Shown: positions 11,114 through 21,608 of the stretch, piece after piece
How the letters are laid out: each line of letters starts with the position of its first letter
Numbering within the stretch: position 1 is the first letter of the stretch
Assembly: GCA_963781585.1 (NCBI GenBank)
Contig: CAWAGQ010000005.1
Location: forward strand, 96,001-160,000
DNA length: 64,000 bases
Origin: an uncultured Gemmatimonadaceae bacterium
Lineage (GTDB): Bacteria; Gemmatimonadota; Gemmatimonadetes; Gemmatimonadales; Gemmatimonadaceae
Direction: 5' to 3'
Program-made: the position numbers and the translations under genes
Notes under the pieces: generated by a model
The model's input: the letters and a program-made list of their open reading frames with translations, nothing else
What the model was told of the DNA's origin: nothing
Database searches by the model: none

Positions 11114-14100
11114 CTATCCCGGCCCGGCGCCGAACCCGCGGCCATTCTTGACCCGGTTGGGCACTTTCGCCCACTGGTCGGTCGTGAGGATCGCCTGCGC
11201 CTGCTTCAGGGCGTCCTGCTGATTCTTCTGGAGCTTGTCCAGCTGGGGCCGGAGCTTCGGCATCAGCGCCGCCATATCCGGGTTCGCCCCGGCGTTCGCC
11301 ACCTGCTTCTGCACGTCCTGACCAAGCACGGTGTTCTTCGCATTCAGTGAGTCCGCGATCACCTGCAGCTTCGCGACCTGATCATCGCTGAGCTTGAGGG
11401 TGTCCTTCATCTGAATGATGGAATTTACCGGATTCACGTTCGCCAGCGCCGTCGCGAATCCAGCGGGACCTCCGCCTCCGGGACCGCCACCGCCACCACG
11501 CCCGCCACGGCCGCCGAACGCCGCGCCGCGAACGGCGTCGATCGCGTCACGGACGCGGTCGGGGCCGAGCGTGTAGCGTGCGTTGATGCCCACCTGGAAC
11601 GGGATCTGGATGCCGTTCTGCCCCTGCCGCGACGAACCGAAGCGCTCGTTGACCTGATAGATGTAGCTCTGCGACGACGGATCGAAGCCACGCACGTAGA
11701 GCAGCGTGTTGTCCTCGCCGCGGAACGAGCCCCAGCCATGCAGGCTGTTCTTGCCGTGGAGGAGCTGGTCCATGCCGCCCAGGAAATTCTGGGTCACCAC
11801 CGACACCATCAGGCGACGGTTCAGTCCAAGCACCGCCGGGCGCCAGTTGAGCTGGAACTCCAGGCTGGTCTGCCACGGTCCGCGGCACGAGTTGCGCTCG
11901 GCGATGGTGCCGAGGTTCCTGCTCAGGCACTCCCGCACCCCCGGCGACGTGCCGGCGAGCAGGCGCTCCATGCCGCTGGCGACCGCGGTATCGCCGACGC
12001 TGGACGGGTTGAACAGGAACGCCCGGTCGTTTCGTGCGCCGTCACCGTTGATGTCCGCACTCACCATCGGTGTGAACGGCGATCCCGACGACAGCCGTCC
12101 CACGGCAGTCACTTCCATGCCGAGGTTGATCGGATAGGTGATCGATCCGGTGATCGAGTGGCGGCGATCGAAGTTGCTCACGGCCCACTCGTGCACATTG
12201 GGGTCGCCGGCGGTGGTGGCCGACGAGAAGCCTCCGCCGCCCGAGGAGAAGCCGCCACCGGTGTTGCGCCCGAAGCCTCCGCCGCCGAATCCGCCGCCCG
12301 AGGACTGGTCACGCGAAAAGCCGAGCGTGTAACCCAGGTTGAAGATCGCGCCCCGGGTGGTGATGCCGTTCAGCGAAAGCGACAGCTGCTTCGATTCCGA
12401 TCCGAGGTTGGAACTCGTCAGCAGCACCTGACTGAAGTTCGGATTGAGTCGCGAGGCGAGGAGGTTGGTGGTGCCGCTGGTGGGCACGATCGAGGCCGGG
12501 TCGGCATACACCGGCCGCCCGTCCTCCGCCGCCAGATTGAACTGCGGGGTCTCGCGCAGATTGAGGTCGCGATATCCGGTCTGGGCCACCCCGCGCGAGT
12601 AGCTGAGGTCGGCGCTGAACGAATAGCGCTCGAAGAACCGGCGCTGGGCACCTAACGAGGCGCGCCATGCGCGGGGCGCCTGGAAGTTCTTGTCGAACAG
12701 CGTGACGTTGGGCACGCCGGTGGGAGAGTAGAGGTTCCCGCCGCCGACGCACTCGGTGGGAATGCTCGACGGGTCGAGCTCGAACGCCGACCAGTCCGGT
12801 TGCGGGACGTAGGCGCCGGTGCACACCAGCTGCGCTTCCGAATTGGCGAGGCCGGTTGCCGCCGCCGCCGCCGAAAACAGGTTGGAGCTCACCGTGCTGC
12901 GGAATTCACCGATTCCACCGCGCAGGATGAGCGGATTGCTCCCGCCACCGCGACCGCCGAATCCGCCACCGAATCCGCCCCCGCCGCGACCACCAAATCC
13001 GCCGCCGCCGCGACCGCCGAAGCCGCCCCCACCACCCGCCCCTCCACGACCGCCACCGTCCGCGCCACCCGGGCCGCCACCCGACGAACCGAGCGTCATC
13101 GTGAATCCCACCCGCGGACTGACGTGCACCTCCTTCGGCAGGAAGTCGGTGCGGTGTCCGAACGCCTGCTCCACCGCCGGATTCTCCCTGGGCGCATTGC
13201 CGAAACGTCCCCCCTCCAACCGGCCGCCGTAGGTGACCTGCAGAGACCGCGAGACCCGCCAGACATCTCCGAGATAGAGCCCCGCATTGATCTGCGACCC
13301 CTGTCGCACGTTAGGCTGCAGCGTCCGGGTGAAGCTCGTCGCCTGGCCGGCGTCGAAGTCCGCCAGCGAGTTGAACATGTAGGTCCCGAACCGGTTCGAC
13401 GTCACGTCCTGCTTGAACGTCTGCTGGTTGAGCAGCCCGCCCAGCTTGAACCGGTGTCCCGGCGTGAGCCAGGAGACTTCGTCGGTGGCCTCGAATCCGG
13501 TGCTGCGTCCGTTCTGCGGCAGGCCGGTGTTCCCGCCGAAGGTGAGGGTGGACACCGCGCGCGTGGCGTCGCTGGTCAGGTCGGAGGCGACCTGGACGCG
13601 GCCGGCCGGCAACGTGAGGAACGCTCCCTGGTTCCGCTGGCTGCCGGAGTAGTACGCCTTCAGCTCGTTGATGTACTTGCCGGCGAAGATTGACGTATAC
13701 GTGGCCATCATCCCGGCACCCCGGTTCTTCGACGTCCCGCCTGTCTGCGGCAGAGACAGCGTCCCCACCCGCGCCGGATCCTGGTCACTCCAGTTCCAGT
13801 CCCATCGCAGCGACAACGAATGCCCATTGGGCATCAGCCAATCCGAGCGGACCAGTCCGGAGAGGTTATTCGACGTGCGGTTGGGATCGAAATACGACCC
13901 CGCCTTCATGCCATTCTGCGCCGCGATGCTGAAGAAGCGCGCTACCGAATCGGAGCTCACCCCGAAGCGCGACAGCGTGGTGGCATCGGCATTGTACAGG
14001 GACGGAAGAATGTCCTGGCGCTGGCGAAGCTGGAGCGACCCGAACGCGAACAGGTTGTCCTGCACGATGGCCCGGCCGAACCCGCCGGACAGCTGGTTCT

Positions 14101-14950
14101 GCGTGTAGCCCTGTGACAGCGGCGACACATCCTCGCCGCTGATCACGAGCTGATCGTCGCGGAGCTGGTAGGAGAAGTTCCCCTGGGGCCGATTGGTGCC
14201 CGACCGCGTCGTCGACGCGATCAGACCGCCCGAAAACTGCCCGCGGGTGACATCGTAGGTGCTGGTGATCACCCGGGTGCTGCGGGTGGCCTCGGACGGC
14301 ACCTCGGTGGTGCCGAAGCTCACGCCATCCAGCGTGATGGCGTTCGCCTCGGGGCGCTGCCCGGCCACCGAGAACCCCGCCGCTGTGGTGTCGGACCCGG
14401 TGATCGCCACCACGTTAGGCGACAGGAGCGCCAGGTTCAGCAGGTCACTGGCATCCACCGGGAGCCGGGCCGCCTGGTCGGGCGTAAACGCCCGCTCGAT
14501 CGACCCCGGCGTGGGGAGATCACCACCGCGCGGGAGTGGCTGCCGTGCCTGGACATTGACGCCCTGCAGCGTGGTCGCGTTCATCGACAGCACCGCGTCG
14601 GCCACCAGCCGGTCCTCGTCGGCGATCCGCGTGAGCCGCTGGGCGTTTGGCGCGAGACCGATCTGGCGGATCACCACCTGGTAGTCGCCGCCACCGTCCG
14701 GGAACAGGATCGTGTATCGGCCCTGCGCGTTCGTGCGAGCGCGCCGCGTCACGCTGGTCTCGAGCGACGTGACCTCGACGGTCGCGCCCTCGATCGGGGC
14801 GCCGTTCTCCGCCTTGACGGTCCCGGTGATGATGTCGGTGGTGACGCCGATCTGCGCGCGCGCCACGGCGGGTGCAGTGAGAAACAGCGCGAACACGAAT
14901 GCAATGCGGTGCCAGCGTCGAGCGCCAGGCGCCAGGGCACGAAGTGGCAC
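11114..14950 (-). CDS. TonB-dependent-receptor-like (Oar-type) outer membrane protein with N-terminal carboxypeptidase-regulatory domain and C-terminal helical extension
   Basis: RBS AGAGGAG, signal peptide, plug-like SVAGQRPEANAITLDG...GQFSGGLIASTTRSGTN, barrel strands, SPRVGF, Gly-rich loops. Confidence 0.85.
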   Translation of the reverse strand: MPLRALAPGARRWHRIAFVFALFLTAPAVARAQIGVTTDIITGTVKAENGAPIEGATVEVTSLETSVTRRARTNAQGRYTILFPDGGGDYQVVIRQIGLAPNAQRLTRIADEDRLVADAVLSMNATTLQGVNVQARQPLPRGGDLPTPGSIERAFTPDQAARLPVDASDLLNLALLSPNVVAITGSDTTAAGFSVAGQRPEANAITLDGVSFGTTEVPSEATRSTRVITSTYDVTRGQFSGGLIASTTRSGTNRPQGNFSYQLRDDQLVISGEDVSPLSQGYTQNQLSGGFGRAIVQDNLFAFGSLQLRQRQDILPSLYNADATTLSRFGVSSDSVARFFSIAAQNGMKAGSYFDPNRTSNNLSGLVRSDWLMPNGHSLSLRWDWNWSDQDPARVGTLSLPQTGGTSKNRGAGMMATYTSIFAGKYINELKAYYSGSQRNQGAFLTLPAGRVQVASDLTSDATRAVSTLTFGGNTGLPQNGRSTGFEATDEVSWLTPGHRFKLGGLLNQQTFKQDVTSNRFGTYMFNSLADFDAGQATSFTRTLQPNVRQGSQINAGLYLGDVWRVSRSLQVTYGGRLEGGRFGNAPRENPAVEQAFGHRTDFLPKEVHVSPRVGFTMTLGSSGGGPGGADGGGRGGAGGGGGFGGRGGGGFGGRGGGGFGGGFGGRGGGSNPLILRGGIGEFRSTVSSNLFSAAAAATGLANSEAQLVCTGAYVPQPDWSAFELDPSSIPTECVGGGNLYSPTGVPNVTLFDKNFQAPRAWRASLGAQRRFFERYSFSADLSYSRGVAQTGYRDLNLRETPQFNLAAEDGRPVYADPASIVPTSGTTNLLASRLNPNFSQVLLTSSNLGSESKQLSLSLNGITTRGAIFNLGYTLGFSRDQSSGGGFGGGGFGRNTGGGFSSGGGGFSSATTAGDPNVHEWAVSNFDRRHSITGSITYPINLGMEVTAVGRLSSGSPFTPMVSADINGDGARNDRAFLFNPSSVGDTAVASGMERLLAGTSPGVRECLSRNLGTIAERNSCRGPWQTSLEFQLNWRPAVLGLNRRLMVSVVTQNFLGGMDQLLHGKNSLHGWGSFRGEDNTLLYVRGFDPSSQSYIYQVNERFGSSRQGQNGIQIPFQVGINARYTLGPDRVRDAIDAVRGAAFGGRGGRGGGGGPGGGGPAGFATALANVNPVNSIIQMKDTLKLSDDQVAKLQVIADSLNAKNTVLGQDVQKQVANAGANPDMAALMPKLRPQLDKLQKNQQDALKQAQAILTTDQWAKVPNRVKNGRGFGAGPG

Positions 14951-15374
14951 TGAGGAACTCCTCTAAGCCGAAGGGGGCCAGCAGGTTCTTAGACGCGCAG
15001 CCGGCACAGGACGTTAAACGTGTTCCGACGGCAACTCGCTGCGTGGCTGTCCCCTGGGTCACCCGAAGTGCAGTCCGACGCCCGGGACGCCGCAGTCGCC
15101 GCCCCCCTCACAGTCGCGCGCCAACGCCCTGCGCCCGGCACGCCCGTTGCGCAGCCGCAGGCACCCCATGGGGTTGGAGGAAAGATTCGGGTCCGTGACT
15201 GTTTGACAGGCCCCTGTCAGGTCGGCGATGCATTCTCCATGTCGCGCCCGCGAGCGCGAGTGGCCGGCGCCGCCGGCGCTCATACCGACCGCCAGCAGCG
15301 CTCAGGCGTGCCAGTTCGGTCCTCGGCGCGCTCCCCCTCAGCGCTGGACAGATCCACGAATCGCGACAGACCAC

Positions 15375-16589
15375 ATGCTGCTTGCCGAGATCATCGTCGT
15401 TGCCCTCGCCGCACTCCGCGCGAACAAGCTCCGCTCGCTGCTCACCATGCTCGGGATCATGATCGGCGTCGGCTCGGTGATCACCATGGTCGCGCTCGGG
15501 AACGGGGCCGAGCGATCGGTGCGCGACCGGATCCAGCGCCTCGGAACGACCATCATCCAGATCGATCCGCGACGGGTGCGGCAGGGTGGAATCGGCACCG
15601 CCGACCCCGCACGCCTGACGACGAAGGACGTCGACATGATCCTCGAGCGGGCGCCGAACGTGGTTGGGGTGAACTACACGCAGGACCGGACCCTCCATGT
15701 GGTGTGGGGCGCCCACAATGCGAGCGTGCAGGTGACCGGGAGCAACGCGAACTTCCTTGCGGTTCGCGGATTCAAGCTCGCCTACGGGCGGATGTTCACG
15801 GAACTGGAGGATCATCAGAAGCGGCGGGTGGCGGTCATCGGCGCGGGGGTGCTGCCCTACCTCACCGGGGACGACGGCGCCGGCCTGGTTGGAGAGCAGA
15901 TCCGCATCTCGGGCCGCGCATTCATCGTGGTCGGCGTGCTGCAGGACCGGGGTGTGACCGGTGTCGGTGACGCTGACGAGCAGATCCTGATTCCCTACGA
16001 AACCGGTCGCTTCGAGGTGTTCGGGCAAAACCGCATCGACGACATCTGGGCCCGCGCGGTGTCCGAAGACTCACTGATGCGCGCGATGGCCGAGATCCAG
16101 TCCGCATTGCGTCGATCCCAGAGGCTGCGCCCGGGGAGCCCCGACAACTTCAATATGCGCAATCAGGCCGACTTCCTGGTCGCCCTGAGCGAGACCACCG
16201 CCGTGTTCACCCTGCTGCTGGCGGGCATCGCCGCGGTGAGCCTGCTGGTGGGCGGGATCGGAATCATGAACATCATGCTCGTCTCCGTTACGGAGCGCAC
16301 GCGCGAGATCGGCGTTCGGAAGGCCCTGGGCGCCACCCGCTCGAACATCCTCCTGCAGTTCCTGGCGGAGGCTGTGGTACTCTGTCTGCTCGGCGGGGCC
16401 ATCGGCATCGCGGTGGGTGTCGGTGCATCGCAGGCGTCGCAGCGCACCATGGGGTGGAATACGGCGGTCGACCCCTGGTCGGTCGCGGTGGCATTCGGAT
16501 TCGCGAGCGCGATCGGACTCGTGTTCGGCATCTGGCCGGCGCGGCGGGCTGCGCGCCTCGATCCGGTCGAGGCACTGAGGTACGAGTGA
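15375..16589 (+). CDS. MacB-like ABC transporter permease
   Basis: NKLRSLLTMLGIMIGVGSVITMVALG; SLLVGGIGIMNIMLVSVTERTREIGVRKALGA; LDPVEALRYE. Confidence 0.93.
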   Translation: MLLAEIIVVALAALRANKLRSLLTMLGIMIGVGSVITMVALGNGAERSVRDRIQRLGTTIIQIDPRRVRQGGIGTADPARLTTKDVDMILERAPNVVGVNYTQDRTLHVVWGAHNASVQVTGSNANFLAVRGFKLAYGRMFTELEDHQKRRVAVIGAGVLPYLTGDDGAGLVGEQIRISGRAFIVVGVLQDRGVTGVGDADEQILIPYETGRFEVFGQNRIDDIWARAVSEDSLMRAMAEIQSALRRSQRLRPGSPDNFNMRNQADFLVALSETTAVFTLLLAGIAAVSLLVGGIGIMNIMLVSVTERTREIGVRKALGATRSNILLQFLAEAVVLCLLGGAIGIAVGVGASQASQRTMGWNTAVDPWSVAVAFGFASAIGLVFGIWPARRAARLDPVEALRYE

Positions 16590-16640
16590 AGGAGGCCAGA
16601 GGCCAGAGAGGAGACGCTCATGTGGCGTATGGCCTCTGGC

Positions 16641-18740
16641 CTATGGCCTCTCTCCGCTCCCCACCGCCACCCGCAACCCCACCCACACCGTCCGGCCGGG
16701 CCCCGGCTCGAAGAACCGCCCGTTCGACGCGTTCGACACCACGTTCGCGGCATACGTCCGGTCGAAGACGTTGTCGACGCCGATCACGGGCTGTGCCCCG
16801 AGTCTCCGCACATCGAGCATGACCCTGGTGTTGACGAGGGTGTAGGCGGCGGCGTAGTTGGCATTCGCATCGTCGGCCGGCTGCCGCGCGGCGTGCTGCA
16901 GCTCCACGGCGACCAGGCCCCACGCCGGCCGCGCGTTGGCATACGCGGTCCAGGTGGACGGCGCCACGCCCGGCACGTGGTTGTCGCGGTAGCTGGTGCC
17001 GCTGACGACGAAGTCTTCGTACGTATAGCGGAGCCAGCCTCCCGACACGCCTAACGAAAAGATGCCGCGGGCGGCGGCAAGACCGATCTCGGCGCCGCGG
17101 CGTGCGGTGCGCCCGGCGTTCCGATAGTAGCGGCGTCCGCTGCCATCGGGGACTTCGAACGGGATCAGTTCGTCGGTCGTGGTAACGCGATACAGCGCTA
17201 CATCATAGCTCAGCTGGCCGTGCCAGATGCCCTTGGCGCCCGCCTCGATGGTGCGTCCGTGCTGCGGCTTGAGCGTGCGATTGAGCCCACCGCTCCCGTC
17301 CGGTTGATTAGCCAGCTCGGTGGTCGTCGGCGTCTCGAACGACGAGGAGACATTCACGTAGACCGACGCCAGCCCCGCGACCCGCCAGTTGATCCCCGCC
17401 ATCGGCGTCACGTCGCTCAGCGTGCGCGACTGCTCGCCCGGCACACCGGTGGGGCGGTGGTCCAGTACGCCAAAGCGGGTCCGATCGCCCCGTACGGTCG
17501 CGGTGAGCGATAGCCGTTCGGTCGGGTCCACTTCGGCGCGGGCATAGGCTCCCAGCCCCAGGACCCGCTCGCGCTGATCCACCGTGATGCTGCCCTGATC
17601 GGACGTACCGGGGCAGGTGGCCGGCCGGGTCCCGGTGAGGCCGGCGCAGTTTGCGAAATTCTGCCGGTCGTCGTCCTGACTGAGCACGTCGATGCCTGCG
17701 GCAAGGCGTACCGGATGCCCGGCGGCGGTGAGATTATACTGACCGCGAGCCGCTCCGCCTAACGTCTTCCGGTCGAACGACACGATCGCGAAACTCTGGG
17801 GATTGTCGAGCGACCGCAGGCCGCCGTGCAGGTTGACGTTGAGGGAGCCGCGATCGCCGTCGTGAGACGCCTGGAGCGCCAGGATCGATTGCGTGACCGT
17901 CTTGCTCGCTCTCTTCCTCACGTTGGTGGGATCGGCGAGCGTGCGGTCGGAGGCCATCTCCGCCGCGGTGAGCGATCCCGGATTCTGCGCCAGCGGCGAA
18001 TCGAACCAGGTGACCTGGGCCAGGGACCGCGTGCCGCCGGCAGTCCATCGGGCGTCGGCGTTGGCGCTGGTATTCCGGAAGCGGGAATACGTGCGCGGCC
18101 CCTGGCCCTCGTTTCTCGTGGAGGTCGCCTGCATGCCCACCGCACCGGCGTGGCCACCCGCATACACCGACGCCCGTTTCACGCCGTCGGCGTAGAACGC
18201 GCGGACGCGCGCCTCGCCTCCGGAGTCGGGGGGCGGTGCGGTGCGGAAGTCCACCACGCCGCCTGACGAGTTGCCGTAGAGGGCACCGGCGCTGCCGCGA
18301 ATGACCTCGGCGGCGCCCACCGTCTCGAGGTCGAGATAGTCGACCGCGGTCTGACCGTCGGCGAGCGTGAGCGGGATGCCGTCGCGCAGGATGCGCACTC
18401 CGCGGATCCCGAACGCCGAGCGGGCGCCGAAGCCGCGGATGGCGAGCCGGGGATCCTGGGTGGGGTTGAACCGGTTGGCGACACTCACCCCGGGAACGAA
18501 CGCCAGCATTTCGGTGAGCGCGGCCCGCCTGGTCCCGGCGCGCGACGAGTCGATCGTCAGGCGCGTGAGGGCGAACGGCAGGTCGAACGTGGACCGGGCC
18601 GCGTCGCGGGTGACGGTGACGCGCACCGGCGTGATCCGGACGGCGGCGGAGTCCTGGCACTCCACCGGCGGTGCGTGCAGGACCAGCAGGAGCGAGACGA
18701 CCACGCCGGCAGCGCGGACTCGCGCGAATATGTCAGGCAC
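16641..18740 (-). CDS. TonB-dependent receptor (YncD-like)
   Basis: IRGFGARSAFGIRGVRILRDGIPLT, EVIRGSAGALYGNSSGGVV, FETPTTTEL, DNVFDRTY...FEPGPGR. Confidence 0.9.
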   Translation of the reverse strand: MPDIFARVRAAGVVVSLLLVLHAPPVECQDSAAVRITPVRVTVTRDAARSTFDLPFALTRLTIDSSRAGTRRAALTEMLAFVPGVSVANRFNPTQDPRLAIRGFGARSAFGIRGVRILRDGIPLTLADGQTAVDYLDLETVGAAEVIRGSAGALYGNSSGGVVDFRTAPPPDSGGEARVRAFYADGVKRASVYAGGHAGAVGMQATSTRNEGQGPRTYSRFRNTSANADARWTAGGTRSLAQVTWFDSPLAQNPGSLTAAEMASDRTLADPTNVRKRASKTVTQSILALQASHDGDRGSLNVNLHGGLRSLDNPQSFAIVSFDRKTLGGAARGQYNLTAAGHPVRLAAGIDVLSQDDDRQNFANCAGLTGTRPATCPGTSDQGSITVDQRERVLGLGAYARAEVDPTERLSLTATVRGDRTRFGVLDHRPTGVPGEQSRTLSDVTPMAGINWRVAGLASVYVNVSSSFETPTTTELANQPDGSGGLNRTLKPQHGRTIEAGAKGIWHGQLSYDVALYRVTTTDELIPFEVPDGSGRRYYRNAGRTARRGAEIGLAAARGIFSLGVSGGWLRYTYEDFVVSGTSYRDNHVPGVAPSTWTAYANARPAWGLVAVELQHAARQPADDANANYAAAYTLVNTRVMLDVRRLGAQPVIGVDNVFDRTYAANVVSNASNGRFFEPGPGRTVWVGLRVAVGSGERP

Positions 18741-18845
18741 GATGAGATATCGTCCGGATCAGGATTTGATGCGCCGCCACCATCGGCGTGACGGGGCGAC
18801 CCTCGGTTGCCCCGAACGGTGCACCGGTGAATCGGGTCACGGAAG

Positions 18846-18884
18846 ATGTTCTCTACGCATGTTCTCTACGCATGTTCTCTACGC
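18846..18884 (+). repeat. Perfect 13-bp tandem repeat ATGTTCTCTACGC x3
   Basis: Read directly in the divergent intergenic region. Confidence 0.95.
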
Positions 18885-19189
18885 CTGCCGCACCGCGTCA
18901 CCACACGTCGAAACGCCGTTGTCGCTCCGCCGCAGGGGTACTCGCAACACCGTGCCCCGGTGCGCTTTGATCTCACGCCGCCGGGAATCTCCCGATACGT
19001 GGTGGGGGATTCCCCCGTGCGTTGCGGTGAAACCACCTGCAGCAAATCCGACGGCTTCGACGCGATCCGACTGACCCGTCCAAGCTGGCTGTTCCAGTCG
19101 GCGTCCCGCTCAAACCCGCTGGCTCTTGTGGTTGTCCTATTATTCGAGTCACCTGCTTGATTCGAGTCGTCTACCCGGGAACAGCCACG

Positions 19190-20115
19190 ATGCGAGCACT
19201 CTCTCCTGTCCGCGCCGCCCTGGCGGGTCTCACCACTGCCGTGGCCATCACCGCGTTTGCGCCGGCCGTATCCGCGCAGAACGTGGTCGGGCGCAGTCAG
19301 GACGTCTGGACCTGGTCCGACCGTGTCGCGCCCGGCGATTGGCTTCGCTTCAATGCCAGCATGGGCGGTGTGGAAGTGACCGAGGGGTCGGGCGATCAGG
19401 TTCAGGTCCGCGCCGAGAAGGTGCTGCGACGCGGTCGCGCCTCGGACATCGGCTTCATCGTCGTGCACGACAACGACGGCACGACCATCTGCGCTGTGTA
19501 CGAGGATGACGACCAGTGCGAGGCGGACGGGGTGCACGGCGGTCGGGGGCACTCGTGGCGGGACCGCGCCAGCCTCCGTGTGAGCATCCAGCTGCCGCGC
19601 GGCGTGCGGATCCGCGCCGCCTCGGGGAATGGCGACGTGAGCGTGAGCGGCGCCAGCGACGAGGTAGTGGCGGTGAGCGGGAATGGGCGTGTGGATGTGC
19701 ACGGCTCGGGTGGCCGGGTGCGTGCCACGTCAGGCAACGGCGCCATGACGGTGGAGGGGCTCGCGGCCCGGTGGAGGCCAACTCAGGCAACGGCGACGTG
19801 TCGATCGCGACGTCGGTCGGTCCGGTGTCGGCGAACTCCGGCAACGGGGACATCACGGTTTCCATCGACGCGCTGCGCAGCACCGAGGCGATGACCTTTA
19901 CCACCGGTAACGGCCGGATCATGGTCACGCTGCCGACGGACTATTCGGCCGACCTCGACGCCTCCACGGGGAATGGCAGCATCGAGAGCGATTTCCCGAT
20001 CACGGTGTCGGGCCGGATCACCCGGTCGCACGTGCGCGGCACGATTGGCAAGGGCGGTCCGCGCCTGCGACTGGTGTCGGGCAACGGCCGGATCGAGCTG
20101 CGGAAGGGACGCTGA
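19190..20115 (+). CDS. DUF4097-type beta-strand repeat (adhesin-like) secreted protein; frameshift near 19760
   Basis: Signal peptide; repeated SGNG-x-V/I units; ends GGPRLRLVSGNGRIEL. Confidence 0.85.
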
Positions 20116-20156
20116 ATCGGCGCGCGGCTCCGCGCTGGCACCTGTTGATCGCGGCA

Positions 20157-21341
20157 TCAGGGAATCGCCGCGCCCGCGAGACTCCGTCGCAGCACCAGAA
20201 ACCCCGCCGCGGCCACGACCTTCAGGGTGACACCAAACAGGACGAGTGCAACGATCGAGTGATCGTAGAGGCGGCCCATGATCACGCTGCCAACGAACCA
20301 GAGCACGCCGTAGACGCCGTTGAAGCTGCCGAATGCCGTTCCGCGCTTGTTCATCGAGACCACGCGGGCTATCGCCGGCCTGAGGGTGGCGTCGGCGGCG
20401 CCGAGGCCGATCCCCCAGCAGGTCACGGCAACCGCCACCGCGCCGGGGCCGCCGAGGAATCCCAGCGGCAGCGCGAATACGGAGACGAGTATTCCGGCCG
20501 ACAGCACGGCGATGCCGTAGCGGTCGAACAGCCGCCCGAAGAGCAGCGCGGCCGCCCCGTTCACCGCCATCGCCCCCGCGTAGAACAACGGAATTGTCGG
20601 GGCGGAAACGAGCGCGGTCTTCTCGAGGTGATACGCGAGGAGCGCGAAATCGACGAAGCCGCACGCCATGAGGCCGGCCACCGCGCAGTAGATCCAGAAG
20701 ACGCGGGGGAGCGATTGCTCGTGGATCGGTAGTGGTGGCGGCGCGCCGCGCGACGGGTGCGTGATGCGCGCGAGGACGAGCGCCACGATCGAGGCCAGCG
20801 CCGGCACGGCAAGGATGAGGAAACCCGTCGCGAAGTGCTGCGAGCGGGCGACGACGGCCGCGACAACCAGCGGACCCAGCACGGCGCCCGTCTGATCGAG
20901 CGCGGTGTGCAGGCCGAAGCCCCAGCCATGCCCCACCTCCTGGGTGGCTTCGGACAGCAGGACGTCCCTGGCTGGCCCGCGCACGCTCTTGCCGAATCGC
21001 TCGGCGACCACGAGGAGGGCGGCTGCCTGCCAGCTGCCGGTGAACGCCAGTGCGGGAACGACGATCAGGTTGAGCGCGTAACCGCCGATGGTGATCGGCC
21101 AATAGGCGCGCGTGCGGTCGGCCAGTCGGCCGGTGAAGAATCGGAGGCCCGCCGCGACCATCTCGCCGAATCCGGCGACGAAGCCGACCTGCATGGCGGT
21201 CGCCCCGAATTCGCTGAGGAAGGGGCCGATGATGCTGCGGGCTCCTTCGTAGGTCATGTCGGCGAACAGGCTGACGATGCCGAGCCAGACGATGAAGCGG
21301 GTGGCGGCGCGGCGGGCGGCGGGGGAAGACCTGGCGGTCAC
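20157..21341 (-). CDS. MFS transporter
   Basis: GIVSLFADMTYEGARS, GRLADRT, ERFGKSVRGPARD..L, GRLFDRYG; 12-TM pattern. Start position approximate. Confidence 0.88.
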   Translation of the reverse strand: MTARSSPAARRAATRFIVWLGIVSLFADMTYEGARSIIGPFLSEFGATAMQVGFVAGFGEMVAAGLRFFTGRLADRTRAYWPITIGGYALNLIVVPALAFTGSWQAAALLVVAERFGKSVRGPARDVLLSEATQEVGHGWGFGLHTALDQTGAVLGPLVVAAVVARSQHFATGFLILAVPALASIVALVLARITHPSRGAPPPLPIHEQSLPRVFWIYCAVAGLMACGFVDFALLAYHLEKTALVSAPTIPLFYAGAMAVNGAAALLFGRLFDRYGIAVLSAGILVSVFALPLGFLGGPGAVAVAVTCWGIGLGAADATLRPAIARVVSMNKRGTAFGSFNGVYGVLWFVGSVIMGRLYDHSIVALVLFGVTLKVVAAAGFLVLRRSLAGAAIP

Positions 21342-21423
21342 CGAATGTCTCTGCGACGGCGGCCCGGCGCTCTCGCCGAATCGTGTGTGTGTGTTACCAT
21401 TTCTCCGGGGCGACGAGCACACC

Positions 21424-21570
21424 GTGAGCGACCTGTCATCGACATTACGCGACGCACTCTCCGGCCGCTATACGATCGACCGGGAGAGTGGACGTCGGGG
21501 GAGGGCGAACGTCTCGCAGGCGATCATGGCGCGGCGGTTGCCCTCACCCGCGCCACCGGTGCGCGGGCGT
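21424..21570 (+). pseudogene. Internally deleted remnant of a Ser/Thr protein kinase gene
   Basis: VSDLSSTLRDALSGRYTIDRESGRRGRANV joined to SQAIMARRL. This matches the N-terminus and a segment about 190 aa later (AQAIMAKRF) of the kinase at 32462. Confidence 0.75.
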
Positions 21571-21608
21571 CGCAGCGGTTCCGGCGTCCTGGTGAGCTGG
21601 TCGCAGGC

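Noticed and set aside
11027..11151. Overlap of the 9277 gene with the convergent TonB-type gene
   Set aside because: A plausible C-terminus, stop (11026) and terminator hairpin exist in another frame. The extension is probably an indel artefact.
20757..21608. Long N-terminal extension of KdpE
   Set aside because: It is antisense to the MFS gene and runs over the kinase remnant. The receiver domain starts at ATG 21609.
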